This document shows positions 35,341 to 49,430 of a stretch of 64,000 nt of DNA, piece by piece; position 1 is the stretch's first letter; every line of letters starts with the position of its first letter. A program made the translations under genes and the position numbers. This DNA comes from Anthoceros angustus (taxonomy: Eukaryota; Plantae; Anthocerotophyta), in assembly GCA_010909165.1 (NCBI GenBank), contig MU008163.1, forward strand, positions 372,001 to 436,000, written 5' to 3'. The notes under the pieces are model-generated. The model made no database searches, had not been told where the DNA came from, and saw only the letters and a list, made by a program, of their open reading frames with translations.

Positions 35341-38300
35341 AAGTTTGCGCACAATCTAACAAGCCCTAAAAACTCTAAACGTTTGTATACGTCCAACACC
35401 TGGCAATGATTGCCAGATGTTGGAAACTGTTTAGATGTAAGTGCGCGCATAAGTTTGCGCGCGAATTCTATGTCCAGTTTGAAAGAAAAAGCCGAACGAG
35501 AATGGGACTTTAGGTTTTTGCCACGTACTTGCAATCTACAATCTCAAATAACGTGTATCAAAACAATTATTCAAAAGGTTGCGGGTGACATGTCTGCAGA
35601 GAAATACCAAAAAGGCTGATTATAGTGCGGAGTTTTTCAAGTGCAAAAAGGGGTCCAGCCACGTCCGTGTGCTTATTCTCTTGAAGAAGTTGTTGCAAAA
35701 GGCTTTTAATTGGGCTTTGTGTTCTGCGAAGACCAAGAAGGTGAAGGCTACAAAGAAGAAAGCACGAAAATCAGAGGTGGAAGAGGAGCATGAGGAACAT
35801 GAGGAGGAGGTAGGGAGGGAGGCCGAGCTTGACGAGAGGGAGGAAGCACGGCCTGTGGTTTCAGGGCCTGACGTGCACAACATAAGTGGATCAACAACAA
35901 CAAACAACACTGATGCAAACCTGCCGGATCTTTCTTCCGTGGAAGGCAAAACCATGGCCTAAACCCTTTGCGCATGCGTGTGGACAAACTTGTCAAGTCA
36001 ACCTGCTCCTCTGCCTTCTTGTCCCTTGCATGCAGGTCTGCTTGCTCCTAATGCTCTCTACCTCTGTCACCGCCTCCTACCCCCTCCTTATCAACTAATT
36101 CGGCAGAAGAGGCCTTTGCTTTCTTAGAGGAGACATGTGTCGCTCTCTCCATCGCCCTACTTCCACGACTTTATGACCGTCCAAAAGCATGCGCAAAGGG
36201 CTGGATTTGCTGCAGTAGCTGTGATTTTGTGCCCGCTGTCATGGCATTTTGATTGTCTCTGACTTGGGCTGCTGAACATTTGCCAAACGATTCTCAATCC
36301 CATTTTCAAAACTCCAATGGATTAAGGAACATATTAAGTTGAAATATAGTATTATCGACAAGAAGGAAAATATCAAGTTGTTGGATGTCTAGACGAAAAA
36401 TAGATCATGTTCAATAGAGAGGTATCTTGCAAGTTCCTGTTGGTCCTCATAACTCTCTGCTACTGCTGGTTTTTGTTGTCTAGCACATCCAACACCTTGA
36501 GAGTTTCTTTTTTGTCCTAAGTACTCTTTTTCTTTTTAACATGTTCTTTAATCCGTTGAAGTTTTGACAATGTGATTGAGAATCCTTTGTTGACTCCCAA
36601 TTTCATGTTGGTCCACATAACTTTGTGCTGATGCTGGTTTTTGTCTAGCACATGGAACACCTTGTATTTCTTCTTCAAATATTCGTCAATCAGTCGAAGT
36701 TTTGACAATTGCATTGAGAATCCTTTGTTGACCTGCAATCCCTTGTTGGAGCTCGTATTTCTTTGCTGCTTTTTTTATTTTGTTTGGTACATCTAACATC
36801 TTGAGATTTTATACATAATAAAAAAAATATCTTGAGATTTTCAACCAGCTCCAGTTTCCAACTTTGATGCCATAATGAATCCATGTAAAAGAACCCACCA
36901 GCGAGCTCCTCACGACAATGAACCAACAGCCTCGCAGACTGCTTCAGCCCTAAAGCTGCACGCTTGTTACCATGTCTCAGTGGAGATACTATGGGTCTGG
37001 TGCAAAAATACACAAGGTTTTTCCGTGCCAAATATACCACACTAGAGCAGTACTAGCGAAGAGGCAACTCACTTGAGGATGTTGAGGTTTCGGGACTTCT
37101 GGTGAAGATAAAACACATCTTTTTCCAACTCTCTTTGTCATAATGTCCTGAAGAAATGTGGGTGAAAAAGGGGAATCTCTTGGACACGGTGCTGTGCAGC
37201 TACATCCCGCAAATGTGTTGGTAGCGACTCTTCAGGCTTGTGCAAGGGGACCAGACTTTTAATCTGGACCGGACCCCAGGGGCATGCTGAAGTGTTGTCA
37301 GTAGTTTCTTATTGGACAAGTATGCAAAGTGCGGCAGCTTGGAAGACGCTCAAAGGGTGTTTGACGGTTTCTGCAAAGGATGTGGTGACATGGAGCGCCA
37401 TGACAGCTAAGTACCTGTAACAGGCGCCTGAAATGAACCTTCACGCGCATGAAAAGAACTTGAATTCTTAACTTACCACCCCCACAAATGATCTCCCTTC
37501 CCATCATCAGGTGGATCTGCCATTGAAAAAATCTGGATGTGGCGCATATCTTCTTTCCACATCGTCGAGAAAATCTCACTCTCGGAAGAAATCCTACCCC
37601 TAACCGAAAACTTATGCACCAATCCTTCCATGTGTGTCCACCAGCTCTGGCCCGGCTGCTTCTTGCTCTTGTTTCCTGCATCTCCTGTGCCTACTGCCAC
37701 ATCTGGGAGCCGGTGTATGCCACTCAGGAAAGTGATGCCGTCGGGCTGTATGCCCTGAGGGCCCTTCTCATTTTCTGAACCAAGTCGAAGACCTCTTCAC
37801 TGTCTCCTTGACGGGTGTACCTTGCAATCAGTGCACTCCAAGTGACAAACTCTCTTTTCGGGCAATCACCAATTGTGCATCAACCATGCCCCCTGACTTT
37901 GTTTATCAAGCTGATGGCTCCAAGCAGATCAAGTAGAAGACCTCGGTCCTTAATTTGTGCACCAAGCTGCTTACCCATATGCAAAGGTGCCACATTTGCA
38001 CATGCATCAAGTACGCCAACAATTGTCAAATCATCTGGTCCAACCTTGCCTTCCTCTTGCATCACAAGGTCAAGACTGAGGGCTTCATGGCCCATGCCCT
38101 GCTGAGAATACCCTCCTATCTATATATATCATGGCATTCCATGTCACCACATCTTTTTCACCAAATCCGTGGAACATTGTTTGAGCGTCTTCGAACCTCC
38201 CACACTTTGCATACATGTCCACCAAGCAATTCCAGACGAACAAACGAGGCTCAACGGCACTGGCCAACACATCAGCATGCACGTCCTGCCCAGTTTTTCG

Positions 38301-39240
38301 AGTGTGTTTTCCTTGCACCAGCCTGAAGGCACGCTATGCAAACATGGCCATTCGCTTCAGCATTTGACCTGGGCATCTGCTCATGAAGTCTTACCGCCTG
38401 CTTTTATATCGTCCTTGCCGAACATGCGCACAATCTTTATGGAAGACCACATGAAGGCAGAAATTATGGATGACCACATGAAGGCAGAAATTATGGATGA
38501 CCACATGAAGGCATCTGGCTTGTCCACCACGCTGCACACTCAAATAGCTTCTTTCAACCTTCTTTCATGAACAGCATACATCCGCAACACTCTGTTGGAT
38601 GCTCTGAAATTTCTGCATAAGAAATCACATCTGTGATGGGACCCTCCTCTCATGCACTCGTTTTTTCAGCGGACTACAAAATAGCATGCGCTACTAACCA
38701 CAAGCAAGGGTGAAACAGATGTTCTCCACGAATGGCCACACCTAGCCTCTTGTCATCTCGCAAAAACGAAGAAACATCTGGCCTCTGTAACATGGAGAAG
38801 ACGTCATTTGTGTGGCGAAAGCAAGCAATAAGATGGGCATCCCTCAATAGCACACCTGAGCAGATGGAGAACCCATCGAGGAAGCGTGAGCTGACACAGC
38901 CGATCTGGCAGCAAGGTCTCCGACCCTAAAACAACGTTCCACAGAGAGACAAGGTTAGCAGTCCTGCAAGTCGTGATGGACGTATGTGTTTGAAGTGGGT
39001 GCAACACCATGCGGTCTGCGCATGGTAAACAGGGATGCAACCCTGCAACTGTATCACTTGTGATGCCAGATGGCCAGGTGTTTTGGACAACAGCCGGAGG
39101 CGTTTCCTGGAGGGGTTCGAATTTCTTATTTTCCGAGTCTGAAATTAGGTAGGCCGTAAGATAACGAAGTTATGAACTGTTCTCCTAACCGTCTGGTCCC
39201 CAGAAATAAACAAGGATCCTGAGCACTACCATCAGCAATC
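35150..39240 (+). repeat. ~4.1-kb segment duplicated in direct orientation at 60020-64000
   Basis: Collinear near-identity from tgaatcttgaggcgtttggc to gagcactaccatcagca; the second copy has many 1-3 bp deletions. Confidence 0.93.
37430..38590 (-). pseudogene. PLS-E PPR pseudogene fragment, with an opposed + strand PPR scrap at 37300-37420
   Basis: LFVWNCLVDMYAKCG, EKDVVTWNAMI, MQEEGKVGPD.LT.VGVLDACA and KKQPGQSWW; multiple frameshifts; 27-bp repeat near 38444-38510. Confidence 0.85.
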
Positions 39241-39699
39241 TTGAGCGTAGCCGCAGCCAGGAAAGAATCATGGATGGAACCAGCGCTCATCAGCTTCAGG
39301 CATCTGGCCTGGCCGGGGAACAATAATCAGACTATTCTAGATATCCGTCTGCACAGCAACAAGTCCCGAGCTGGAACAGACATCAGTGTACTTGCTGGAT
39401 ACAACATCGAAATTGCATTTTTTGCGGACCAGATGTATGCACGCAAGTTCGAGGCAGGGTTCGCAACTAAAGCTGTTTTCAAGCAAGCCATCATTCCTAC
39501 TGTATACACAGCATATCAGGAAGCTGAAGACGGCGGCTGATTGCTGGTCAATCCAAGTACCACTAAATTAAATACTTGGTTGGATTGACCAGCGAGCAGC
39601 CTAGATGTCCATGAAAGCAGGCCTGGCCAAGCAAACAGCAGTGAAGCTCCCATCCATATACAAGCGTCTCACTGCAATGTCTATATAAGCCTTGGGACC

Positions 39700-41750
39700 A
39701 ACTACCAGATACTGTTTTCGCTTGCCACACACGTCCTTCCCCATGAACTTGCACACCTTGCCATCACTATCACAGGTGAGGTCACACAGCACAGGATGGC
39801 GTGAGTGGTGGGCACCTCCTCCAGCCGCTGCAGGGGCACAATCGGGAACAGCTGCCCCCGAGCCCAGTAGTCTGACAAAGATCTGAACACACTCGGGTTG
39901 ATGTGAATATAGGTTGCATTGTGAGTGGGGGCTCCAGAGTCGAGCTGGACGAGGTCCTGGGTTCCCCGCAATTTGGTCGAAGACACTAGGTATGCTCCAG
40001 TTCGACCTCAGCTGCCACGAACACTTCAAAGATGCCGTCCACGACATCTTTGAAACCCACACAGCATAGGTAGGGGATGTTGGTGGCCAACCTCAGGCCA
40101 GAGCAGATGTCGAGCAGCAGAATTCGAAACAAGTATCTCGCACGCGTCGCCGTGGTCGACCCAAAGGATCTAAAAACAAGTCCAAGGAATTAGGGGACGG
40201 AGCCAAGCCAAGTCCTGGTCTCCCCCTGGCTTTGCTCCGTCCCCTAGTTGTTTGAGGTTGTTCTTAGATCGTTTGGAACAACCACGTCGACGCTTACCAC
40301 ATACTTGTTTCGAATCCTCCTGCTCGAGAGCTGTTCTGGCCTCCCTTTCAGATCCACCTGCAGCTGTCCCTGCTCTTGCAATTCGAGGATTAGCTGCGAA
40401 ATCCAACGGTGTAGGTTCCTTCCTCCACCACTTTGGACGACCGCGACGGCGACGAAGCATTGGCACATCTGCGGCTCCTGTAGAGCTCGTGTTGCTAGCC
40501 TGAGCTGCAGCTGCCGTCGCATCCTCAGAGCTGGGCGCCGCAGCTCCTGGATCTTGGCAGGCCTGGCGGACCTCTTGCGCCTCGGGGGCATTCAGTACGT
40601 AGAGCTCTCCACCACCCACTGCAGATGCAGATGCCCAGAAGCGCGCCCTCACTTCCCACAAGCTCCACAGCAACCCAGCTCTAGCTCTGCCGGAGAAGAA
40701 AAAGAAAAAACCCAGCACCTCGGCCCTGCTTACGGCTGCAATCACTTCCTCCAAACCTGCAGGTTGACAGCTCCGGTGCTGAAGAGGTGGGTTCACTGAG
40801 TAAACCCAGCAATACCTCCGTGGACACCTGATCCCCTCATGTTGCCCGCAAGTACATGCAAAACAAGGCCGACTGATACGACACCAGGGCCCGCCCAAGT
40901 TTCATAACGCAGAGTGGGCTGGCTGCTGTACATTCTTCAGCTCGGATGGCCTCAGCCACCACCTCCTCGGCGTACTCCTCCACTCTATATCCAATGGAGA
41001 TGTCAGTGTTCTCGTAATGAGAACGTCGTAGCCCACCCCTAGCCCCCCACTACCCACGACGATGCTGATGAGGCTCATGAGAGCTGCCATCAAAGGCCAC
41101 CTCGCAAGAAAAGGAAAGGTGAGCTGCTTCACCAACCCCCTCCCTCACAACGCGCTGAGCCCCGGAGCGTTGTGCCCCCGGGATCTACGATCTCATGTGA
41201 AAATGGAGCAGCTGCAAGCACCGGATCCAACATGTCCAACTCTCTGACAACCTCCACTTCCCGCACTATCTCCTGCAATGTCACACTGAACTTGCCATCA
41301 TCGCCGGAGGTCTCCTCAGTGCCCGCCGTGCTCAGTACTCAGCTTCGCCCTGAAGCCGATGACTGGCCTTCACATCCATGTCGGACTGCTGGTTGCAACC
41401 ACCATGTTCGAAACCAGCTCCTCCACCTCTTCCAGCACGGTACCCGTAACGGAATTGAACTCCATCTTCCGCGCTGTCAGGCCAACGGCCATGTGCCCTG
41501 CTTCTTTGTATAACCATTACAGAAAAATTCTCTCGGTGGCTGGCCTTGGGGAGCTACGACATCAGCGTCAAGTTCCATGGTCATCAGGAGGAGGAACGGG
41601 ATGAGGAGGCGCTAACCGATCCGAGGGCTCCTGCCCACCAGCTGGTCCCGGACTCCCGGAGGTCAATCGTCTCTCCTGCCTGCGTGTGTCCTGGCCATGA
41701 GGCTGCACACGCATATGCCCCATGTCATTTATTGTCCAGTGTGGGCGCCT
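39700..41750 (-). pseudogene. ADC: Fragmented arginine decarboxylase pseudogene (second copy) with an AT-hook-like insert at ~40090-40700
   Basis: TYIHINPSVFRSLSDYWARGQLFPIVPLQRL..CDLTCDSDG (39750-39930), SGGLGVGYD (41020-41055) and blocks homologous to 4860-5470 and 5760-5850. Confidence 0.8.
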
Positions 41751-42975
41751 ATCCTCGACTTTGCTGCTGTTGCAGAGCTTGTCGGGGACGCTCCAGCCAT
41801 GGCAGGGTGACTGTCACATATGTTTGTGCAAGACATCTTCCGCCCAGTTCACCGGCCGCAGCCTTTAAATTCGTGGGGCCACGAAAACTTTCCCTTCCTC
41901 CTCCGCAGAGTCCGCACAAGCCATCGTCTGCACAAACACGCATGGGAACATCTTTAGCTTGAAGATTCCCGGGCGGACCATGGCGAACAAGCTGTCAAGC
42001 TTGCAAGCAAGCGAATCACAAACCCTGCAGACAACGTTCTTGTTTTCTACTCAAAGTGATTAAATCAAAACATGAGCAACTGCAGAGCTAGAAGAACGAT
42101 GCAAACAACGTTCTTGTTTTCTGCTCGAAGTGATTAAATCAAAACACGAGCAACTGCAACCAAGATAACACCCATATTCAAGTCTGTGAGCTAGAAGAAG
42201 GAATAAACCTACACCTACATATTCTCCGACACCTGTGTAAAACTTTCTTCAAGTCCACAAACTCAACACCAGTCCACTGTTACAAACTACATCCGTGTAG
42301 GACATGGGGCTACCCGGCCTCGGCCTCGAGCCGCCGCAGCAAAGCAATAAATAAAGCACGAGTGCAAAAGCAGCCCAGCGAGCATGACATAACATAACCG
42401 CCGCCGCTGCATCAAATCTGGTAAGGATGCGAGTTCAAGCTGCTGGCTACGCAGGCACAAACACCTCTCTTCTGAGCACACGATACAAGAGCAAGGAAGA
42501 AACAGGCAGGGCAGAGCATGGAACGGAGCTCACCTCGGAGGAAGGAAGCATCTGGACGTGAAGGCTGCAGACAGGCCTACGGGCCTGGGATGGAGGCGCG
42601 GAAATTGATGCAAGCGGGATTTCAAGCTAACAGCCACAGCAGCCGCCTCAAGCAGGCGGGGACATCCTCGGCATGCCCAGCAGTGCTGTGCTGGATACAA
42701 ACCGGTGCCGCTGCGGCAAGTGCTTGCAAGGCTCAGCAGGATCGCTTACAAAACCGACATCCAAGGCAGAGGAAGACCGAGGAACTACCAGCCAGGTCCA
42801 CACAGGGAACGTTTCTGCACAGCAAGGCAAGGCATGGCTTCACGACAGAGCGAGCTCAAGGAGAAGCCGCTTGCAAGCGAGCGAGATTCACATCAACACA
42901 AGGCGGGCCGATGGCTGTGGAAGGAGGCATATGGAGGATTGATTAGGGAAGGCAGCCGGCTAGGGCACGGACAAT
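41660..42975. repeat. ADC-upstream-like ~1.3-kb segment repeated at 50590-51735 and partly at 47900-48640
   Basis: Shared blocks such as tttgtgcaagacatcttccgccca, cacctc.gaggaaggaagcatct.gacgtg.aggctgcaga and tagggcacggac. Confidence 0.8.
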
Positions 42976-43155
42976 TCTGAACGCGCCGCCAACAGTATCG
43001 GCCTCGGACAGGATTTGTACAAGGGTAGTGTCGCGCGAAAGAACTCTCACTGTCTCCCCATGGCATACAAGGCTACAAGGTGCTCTCCGCGCAAAAGCAA
43101 AAGTAGTGTCCCGCGCAAAAGTAAAACAATTTTCCGCCCGCAGGGTGTCGGCCAT

Positions 43156-44870
43156 TGTTAGAGTATGAAGATATACCTTGATATAGATAATATTCTTATA
43201 TTATTGCAAGGACTATGTATATTGTAAAGCTATCTATAAATTATTAATTTATATACTATAATATTGAGGTTATTCACCTAGCGTTGGCCTTCTATCTAGG
43301 GACCATCCGTCTCCTGGAGTAACGGAGTAACGTATGCTTGAATCTCTAACACCATTCACAAGTTATTGAACTGAAGCCCGATTGGAGCGATTAGAATTTG
43401 GGACCCACTTGTACAGTGTATCTCAATGGCTATGTTAACCACCTTCTAACAGTAACAAAGATTTTTTTATTATTTATTAAGAATTCTATTCTATTCTACT
43501 AAATATATTATAGGTAAGACCAACAGCAAATCACATTCATTTATCTTAATTCGTATTATTAAAAAGAGTATGGATAATAAGGTATCATATATATAGAGTC
43601 TGATTTATTTATTTAAACGATTAACAATCTCTTCTTTATTTTTGATCCCTTCAATTGCAAAGTTGTGAACACGGTTGCGGGTAGTTGCAATGGCTATGGT
43701 AGGTGCAAAAGGAGCGGGGGAAGGGGCAAATAATGTCCCATCGACCTCCTACCCTTGCGATGAGTGTTGTAGGGACATTACAAAGGTAGCGGAAGGAGGT
43801 TTGCCTCCTACTAGCGGAGTGGTAGGAGGAAAACCTCCTATAAACAGGTAGGAGGGAAATCTCCTACGAATGAAGTGGTAGGAGGTGTACCACACTAGAG
43901 AGGAAGGAGGTTGCATCTCCTCTCGAGGCGGCTGCACCTACCCAAGGAGAGGACCGAGGTAGGAGGTGAGACTAGAGGAAGTTCCAAAGAGGACCGATCC
44001 GAGTCGAGGAGCAAAGCGCCCATTGAAGACAAGGAAGAAGACGACAATGCGGAGTCCAGAAGCAAGACGGACAATCTCTTGATCGTAGGATGACTCGTGG
44101 GACGGTAGGAACATTCTTTCGGTACTCACACTAAGGTGGGGCCCGTATTTAAGTGGGTAACCCTATTTTGAAGGAGGAGCGGCCGAGATGACCGGGAAGA
44201 TGTGGCAGGAGTGAGTTGGACCTTACCCTGTGGGGTCAAGAGACCATCGCGAATTCCTTCACTAATCCAGGTCATCTTGCATTTAAGACACATGCATTTC
44301 GATGAGTTCGCTCTACCTATAAAAGGGGAGCAATGTAAGCAGTTCAATATCGATCCTTGCGTTCTCCTCCATAGTGGTGCACACCCTTGTCGTGGTTGTG
44401 TACATGTCCGTCATGCCTGCCAACGGCGAATGGTGGTGGAGGACGAGGTTGATCGGAGGTGCCGAAATGGGAGGGAGGCACACACTCGGCCCTTGGCCTG
44501 GCCTTTTTCTTGTGGAAGGTTGCATCTTGCGGTTGCTGTGTGCTTTTGCTTGGTGACTTCTTGTAGGGCACTAACATTAGAGGTTCATTGGAATATGACC
44601 TTGGGAAGCTTTCGAACCCAAGGGCACTCACGCTAGAGGCAAACACAGGACTGCCGGCCCAAGTGGAACGTCCATCGAGTCGGTCGCTCTAGGCATATTT
44701 GTGAAGCAGTTCGTAACAAGGTCGTGAGAGATGAACCCGTAATCATGTGAGAAAAGAAGACCCTCGAACAAGATCGTTCAGGCAAGTCCCTTGGGATCGA
44801 ACCTACATATTCAACGACCGTGGGATAAGTGTGGCCACCAAGGCTAGCTCTGAGTGACCTGAGTGTACCT
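43156..44870 (-). mobile_element. Decayed LTR retrotransposon, probably Copia: LTR 43156-43626 with adjacent polypurine tract and integrase-like remnants
   Basis: TGTTA...TAACA termini. The adjacent atctcttctttattttt is a purine tract on the minus strand. A Pro/Ser-rich region and weak integrase-like fragments lie at 44250-44420. Confidence 0.5.
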
Positions 44871-45744
44871 ACCACAATGGGCATGTACTAATATGTACCA
44901 TTGGGGCGTGCTCACTTGCTTGTGGACGAGAGGTGGCACTCATAATAAGAACACTTAAGAAAATGCCAAAGAGCGTGGCGTACTAGTATTAGGGCACCCC
45001 GCTCCCGACTTTTTCCTCTCCGGGCCGGTGTGTAAGGCACAGGATTAATGGAGTACGTGCTCTTGGTGGCATGCCTCAGGTGTTGGGCGCTATGGAATGG
45101 ACGCATTCATCAAGTCCCCACAAAATAACCTCCACCAAATTTAAAATACCCCTCCCCCCCTCCTTCCTGCCTCCCACCCCCCCACTATGGTATCGGGAGT
45201 GAATAGCAAGGATGAAAGCTTGCCTGCTGCTAAAAGATTCCCCACAAAGTGTGGCAATTCCGAAGCCTGTGGCCCGGCGGGCGAGTGGCCAAGATGTGGA
45301 ACCACCAACGATTGCGCAACCAATTTGGATTTAGAAACACACTCTTGATCTACCATGTGGAGACTATGTTTGTGCTAATGCGTACAAGGCTGCAGACGTG
45401 CACTCGCCAATATAAATATGGTCTCCCGGACATGGGCCATGGGTCCTGCAGGTGGCTGAGTCCTCCGAGCTCGCTAATGTGGAGCGTGGACCTCCCGTTC
45501 GCTGGTCCCCTGAACCTCCGTCCTCCCGTTCGTTGGTCTTCTGAACCACCCATATCTCGACTACATACACGTACCCAGGCAATTACAAATATTTTGGCTA
45601 ATACAAATGATGGAAATGCAGATACCCCAGATTATTTAGAAGAACATTTAGCTGATGATTTTATTAATGCTGTATTTCTGATTTTGCTGACCTCACTTCC
45701 GAAATGACTAGGGCTCTTCATGTGCATGCTCTTTTGACGGTTGA

Positions 45745-46700
45745 CGGTGAACCGGCTACCTATCAAGAGGCACTCAGTGGGCCCAATGGTGCAGCATGGA
45801 AAGCCGCAATAGAAAGTGAGTATAATTCTTTGCTTTTAAAATCATACTTGGGATTTAGTCTCACTTCCTCCTGGTTGTAAACTCATCCTAGGCAAGTGGG
45901 TATTTAAAAAGAATTTTAAATGTTGATGGTTCTGTTGAACGTTATAAAGCTCGACTTGTTGTTAAAGGTTATAGCCAGGTCGCCGGCGTAGATTATCAAG
46001 AGACTTTTTTGCCCGTAGTCAAGACCCAATCCTTGAGGGTTCTCTTAGCCTTAGCCTTAGAGTTGAATTTAGACATCCATCAAATGGATGTTTGCACCGC
46101 TCTTTATGGGGAACTTAAGGAGGAAATATGTATGCCGCAGCCCGAGGGCTATGAAGATGCCAATGCTGAGCTTGTTTGTAAGTTGCTCACGATAAAATAG
46201 CTTACTATTAGGGCACTCTTCACTAGGGCACCTAGGACTTAATGATTAATTTAGTCCTTAGGGCACTAAGTAGTTTCTTCTAGTAGTTATTTAATTGGTT
46301 AGTTGTTACAACCACTTAACGGTTACAACAACCTTGCCTACATAAAGGCATGTACTTTCTATTATGAACTATCTTCAAAGCAGGTGGAGTATGGAGCAAT
46401 GACACAGTCGCCAAGGAAATTTTGTGGATTCAAGTTTCCTCAAAGGTTTGAAACAGCATACCTAATGTATGGTATGATAATAACTGCTATTGCCTTGTCA
46501 AAGAATCTTGTATTTCATGCCCGTTCCAAATATATCGAAATCTCTCATCACTTTTATAAGGCAAGTTGTGGAGAACAATGAGGTAAGTGTCTCTTATGTG
46601 CCCACTAGTGAAAACACTCTGATTTTCTCACAAAAGCTTTACCTAGGCTAGTTCATGAGAAGCATACACTAGCAGCAGGAGTGCTAGAAATTCCAGCGAG
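45745..46700 (+). mobile_element. Ty1/Copia reverse transcriptase and RNase H fragments, interrupted by an LTR fragment at 46205-46345
   Basis: EPATYQEAL, WKAAIESEY, TWDLV.LP, GKWVFK, RYKARLVVKGYSQ..GVDY.ETF, IHQMDV.TA and QPEGY; RNase H AIALSKN.VFHARSKYI. Confidence 0.92.
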
Positions 46701-46787
46701 TTAAAAGGCATACCCACTAGTCTCTATCCGTTTACTAACTAAGTGGGAGCTTTTTGTTCAGACACAGAGCCTTCAACCTCTCTGAGA

Positions 46788-47496
46788 TCAGATACAGATA
46801 GAGATACGGATACGGATACGGATACGGATACAGATATAGATACAGATACAAATACGATACGATACGATATGATACAGATACGGTCTGAGATGATACGATA
46901 TGATATACAGATACAGATACAGATACGAATGAGATACAGATACAGATACGAATGAGATACAGACATGAGATACAGACATGATACAGATACATACGATATG
47001 ATACGATACAGACATGAGATACAGATACTGAGATACATGATACAGACATGATACGATACAGATACAGATATGATACGACATGATACAGATACGTATACAG
47101 ATACAAATACGATATGATACAGATACAGACATGATATAGATACGATACGATACGATACGGTCACAGATACGATACGATACGGTCAGATACTGAGATACGG
47201 TCTGATACGAATGAGATACATACAAATACGATACGATACGATACAGACATGAGATACATAGATACGAATACGGTCTGATACGAGATACGAATGACAGATA
47301 TGATACGATGATACGGATACGATACAGATATGTCTGATACGGTCTGAGATCTGAGACATATGATACGAATACGAATCGAGATACGGATCTGATACAGATA
47401 CAGATACAGATACGAATCTGATACAAATACGATACGAATCGAGATACGAGATACAGACATGAGATCTGAATACGATACGATACTGAGATACATACG
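46788..47496. repeat. Low-complexity GATAC/GATACA/GATACG microsatellite field
   Basis: Directly visible. Confidence 0.95.
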
Positions 47497-48732
47497 ACGA
47501 TCGATTTTGACTCTAATAACTACATACGAGGGAAGCGATGCGTGTGAATGACGATCGATTTTGACTCGACCATACGCCCGGGCGATCGATTTCGACTCTA
47601 ATGACCATACGCCCAGGTGAATTGGGGCGATCGATTTAGACTCTATTAAAATAGTTACCCAGCCGGGCTTGAATGAATGAAAGATTGTGGAAGAATGGTT
47701 CCCCATCCCAGGATTGATCCGCCATACGGGGTGCTTCACGTTGTGATATCATCTAGTGTATGTGCACCCCAATTTTTGGGCACCCCAATCAATGAAGACA
47801 TCCTCAAGTGAATCTCTTTTCTCATTCCTCGTGTGCTCACCGACTCGCTTAGATCCTTTTCTTAGCAGCGATGCCCTTGGTGAGATGAATCCTGCCTTTA
47901 AGTTCTTTAGTCCACAAGCTCAACACCAGTCCACAACCTGAACCGTGAACGAGTTTTTTACAATCTATACCCGTGTATGCATTGGGGCCCCCAGACCCTC
48001 GGCCTCAGCACAGCAACAGATCAGGAGTGGAAGCAGCACAGTAGGCATGACATAATATAACGGCTGCCGCTGCATCAAACCCGATACGTACGGATGCACA
48101 AATACGCATTGCAGCGCTAGGCTAACACACGCGGAACACACCACTCTCTGCGGAGCACACAGAGACAAGAGCAAGGCAGAAACAGGCAGGAACAGAGCAT
48201 CGAACGGAGTTCACCTCAGAGGAAGGAAGCATCTCGACGTGAAGGCTGCAGAAAGGCTGGCTACGGGCTTGCTGTGGAGGCGCGGCCATTCATACAAGCG
48301 GGATCTCGAGCCGACATCACAGCAACCGCCTTGAGAAGGCGGCGTCAACCTCCGCAGCCCAGCAGTGCTGGCTGCAAACCGGAACTGCTGCAGCAAGAGG
48401 CGCAACCGTAGGCCTGCTCACAAGTCCGTCGTCCAAGGCAGAGCGGGAAGAACAGCGAGCTCCACAGAGGAGAATGGTTTTGCACAGCAATCCAAAGGCA
48501 GCTTCAGGAATAGCGAGAGCTCAAGGAGAGGGTTTTCGCATTCTGCTTGCAAGCTAGCGGGGCTGCAGATTAATGTAAGGCGGGCCGAAGTATGGAAGAC
48601 AAGATGGGGAGGTGCCCGCGGTAGGGCACGGACGATTCTGAGCGTGTGACAAACGTGTACTCTGAGAGCCCACTACAGTCCATCACAGAAGGGTTCCAAC
48701 AAAAATGTGACGCCCGTCCAGAATGTAGAGCA

Positions 48733-49430
48733 CTCTGTTGGGTGCTCTGAAACTTCTGCACAATAAATCAAATTTGTGATGGGACCCTCCTCTCATGCAC
48801 TCTTGCAGGTTCTACAAGGTCTGATTGCTAAATAGCATTCGCTAACCACAAGCAAGGGTGACCCATTTTTCTCCACGATGGCCGGACATCAGCCTGTTGT
48901 CATCTCGCGAAAACAAAGAACATCTGGCCTCTGTGACTATGACGGCCTCTGTGACGATGACGGCGAAGACGTCATTTGTGTGGTGACAGCAAGCAATAAG
49001 ATAGTTATCGCATATGCCTTAAAAAACACACCTGAGGAGAAGTTGGAGAACCCAGCGAGGATGCGTGAGCTGACAGAGCCGATCTGGCAGCGATGTGTCC
49101 AACCCCTGAAACAGCCTTCCACAGTGAAACAGGGTTAGCAGTCCTGCAAGTGTGATAGACTATGTGCTTGAAGTGGACATGCTTGGGTACTGCAGCAGAC
49201 TGGTTCCCAAGAAGAAAAAAGGATCCTGAGCACCCCATCAGCAGTTACTTGTCCGGGTCCATACATGCATGCAAGTTCAAGGCAAGGTTTGCAGCTAAAG
49301 CTGTTCCCAAGCTTGCGCAAACCACAATTCCTTCGGTATATGTATACAGCTGATCATCAGGAAGGTGAAGACGGCTTATTGATGATCAATCCAACCATGA
49401 AATACCTGGTTGGATTGACCAGCGAGCAGC
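48733..49430 (+). repeat. Diverged copy of the segment at 38588-39600 (also partly at 63348-64000)
   Basis: Shared ctctgttgg.tgctctgaaa, gatgggaccctcctctcatgcactc, gcgtgagctgaca.agccgatctggcagc and ggattgaccagcgagcagcct. Confidence 0.8.

Noticed and set aside
46735-47739. Several 120-210 aa ORFs rich in Y/I/S/C/V
   Set aside because: They arise from the GATAC low-complexity field.
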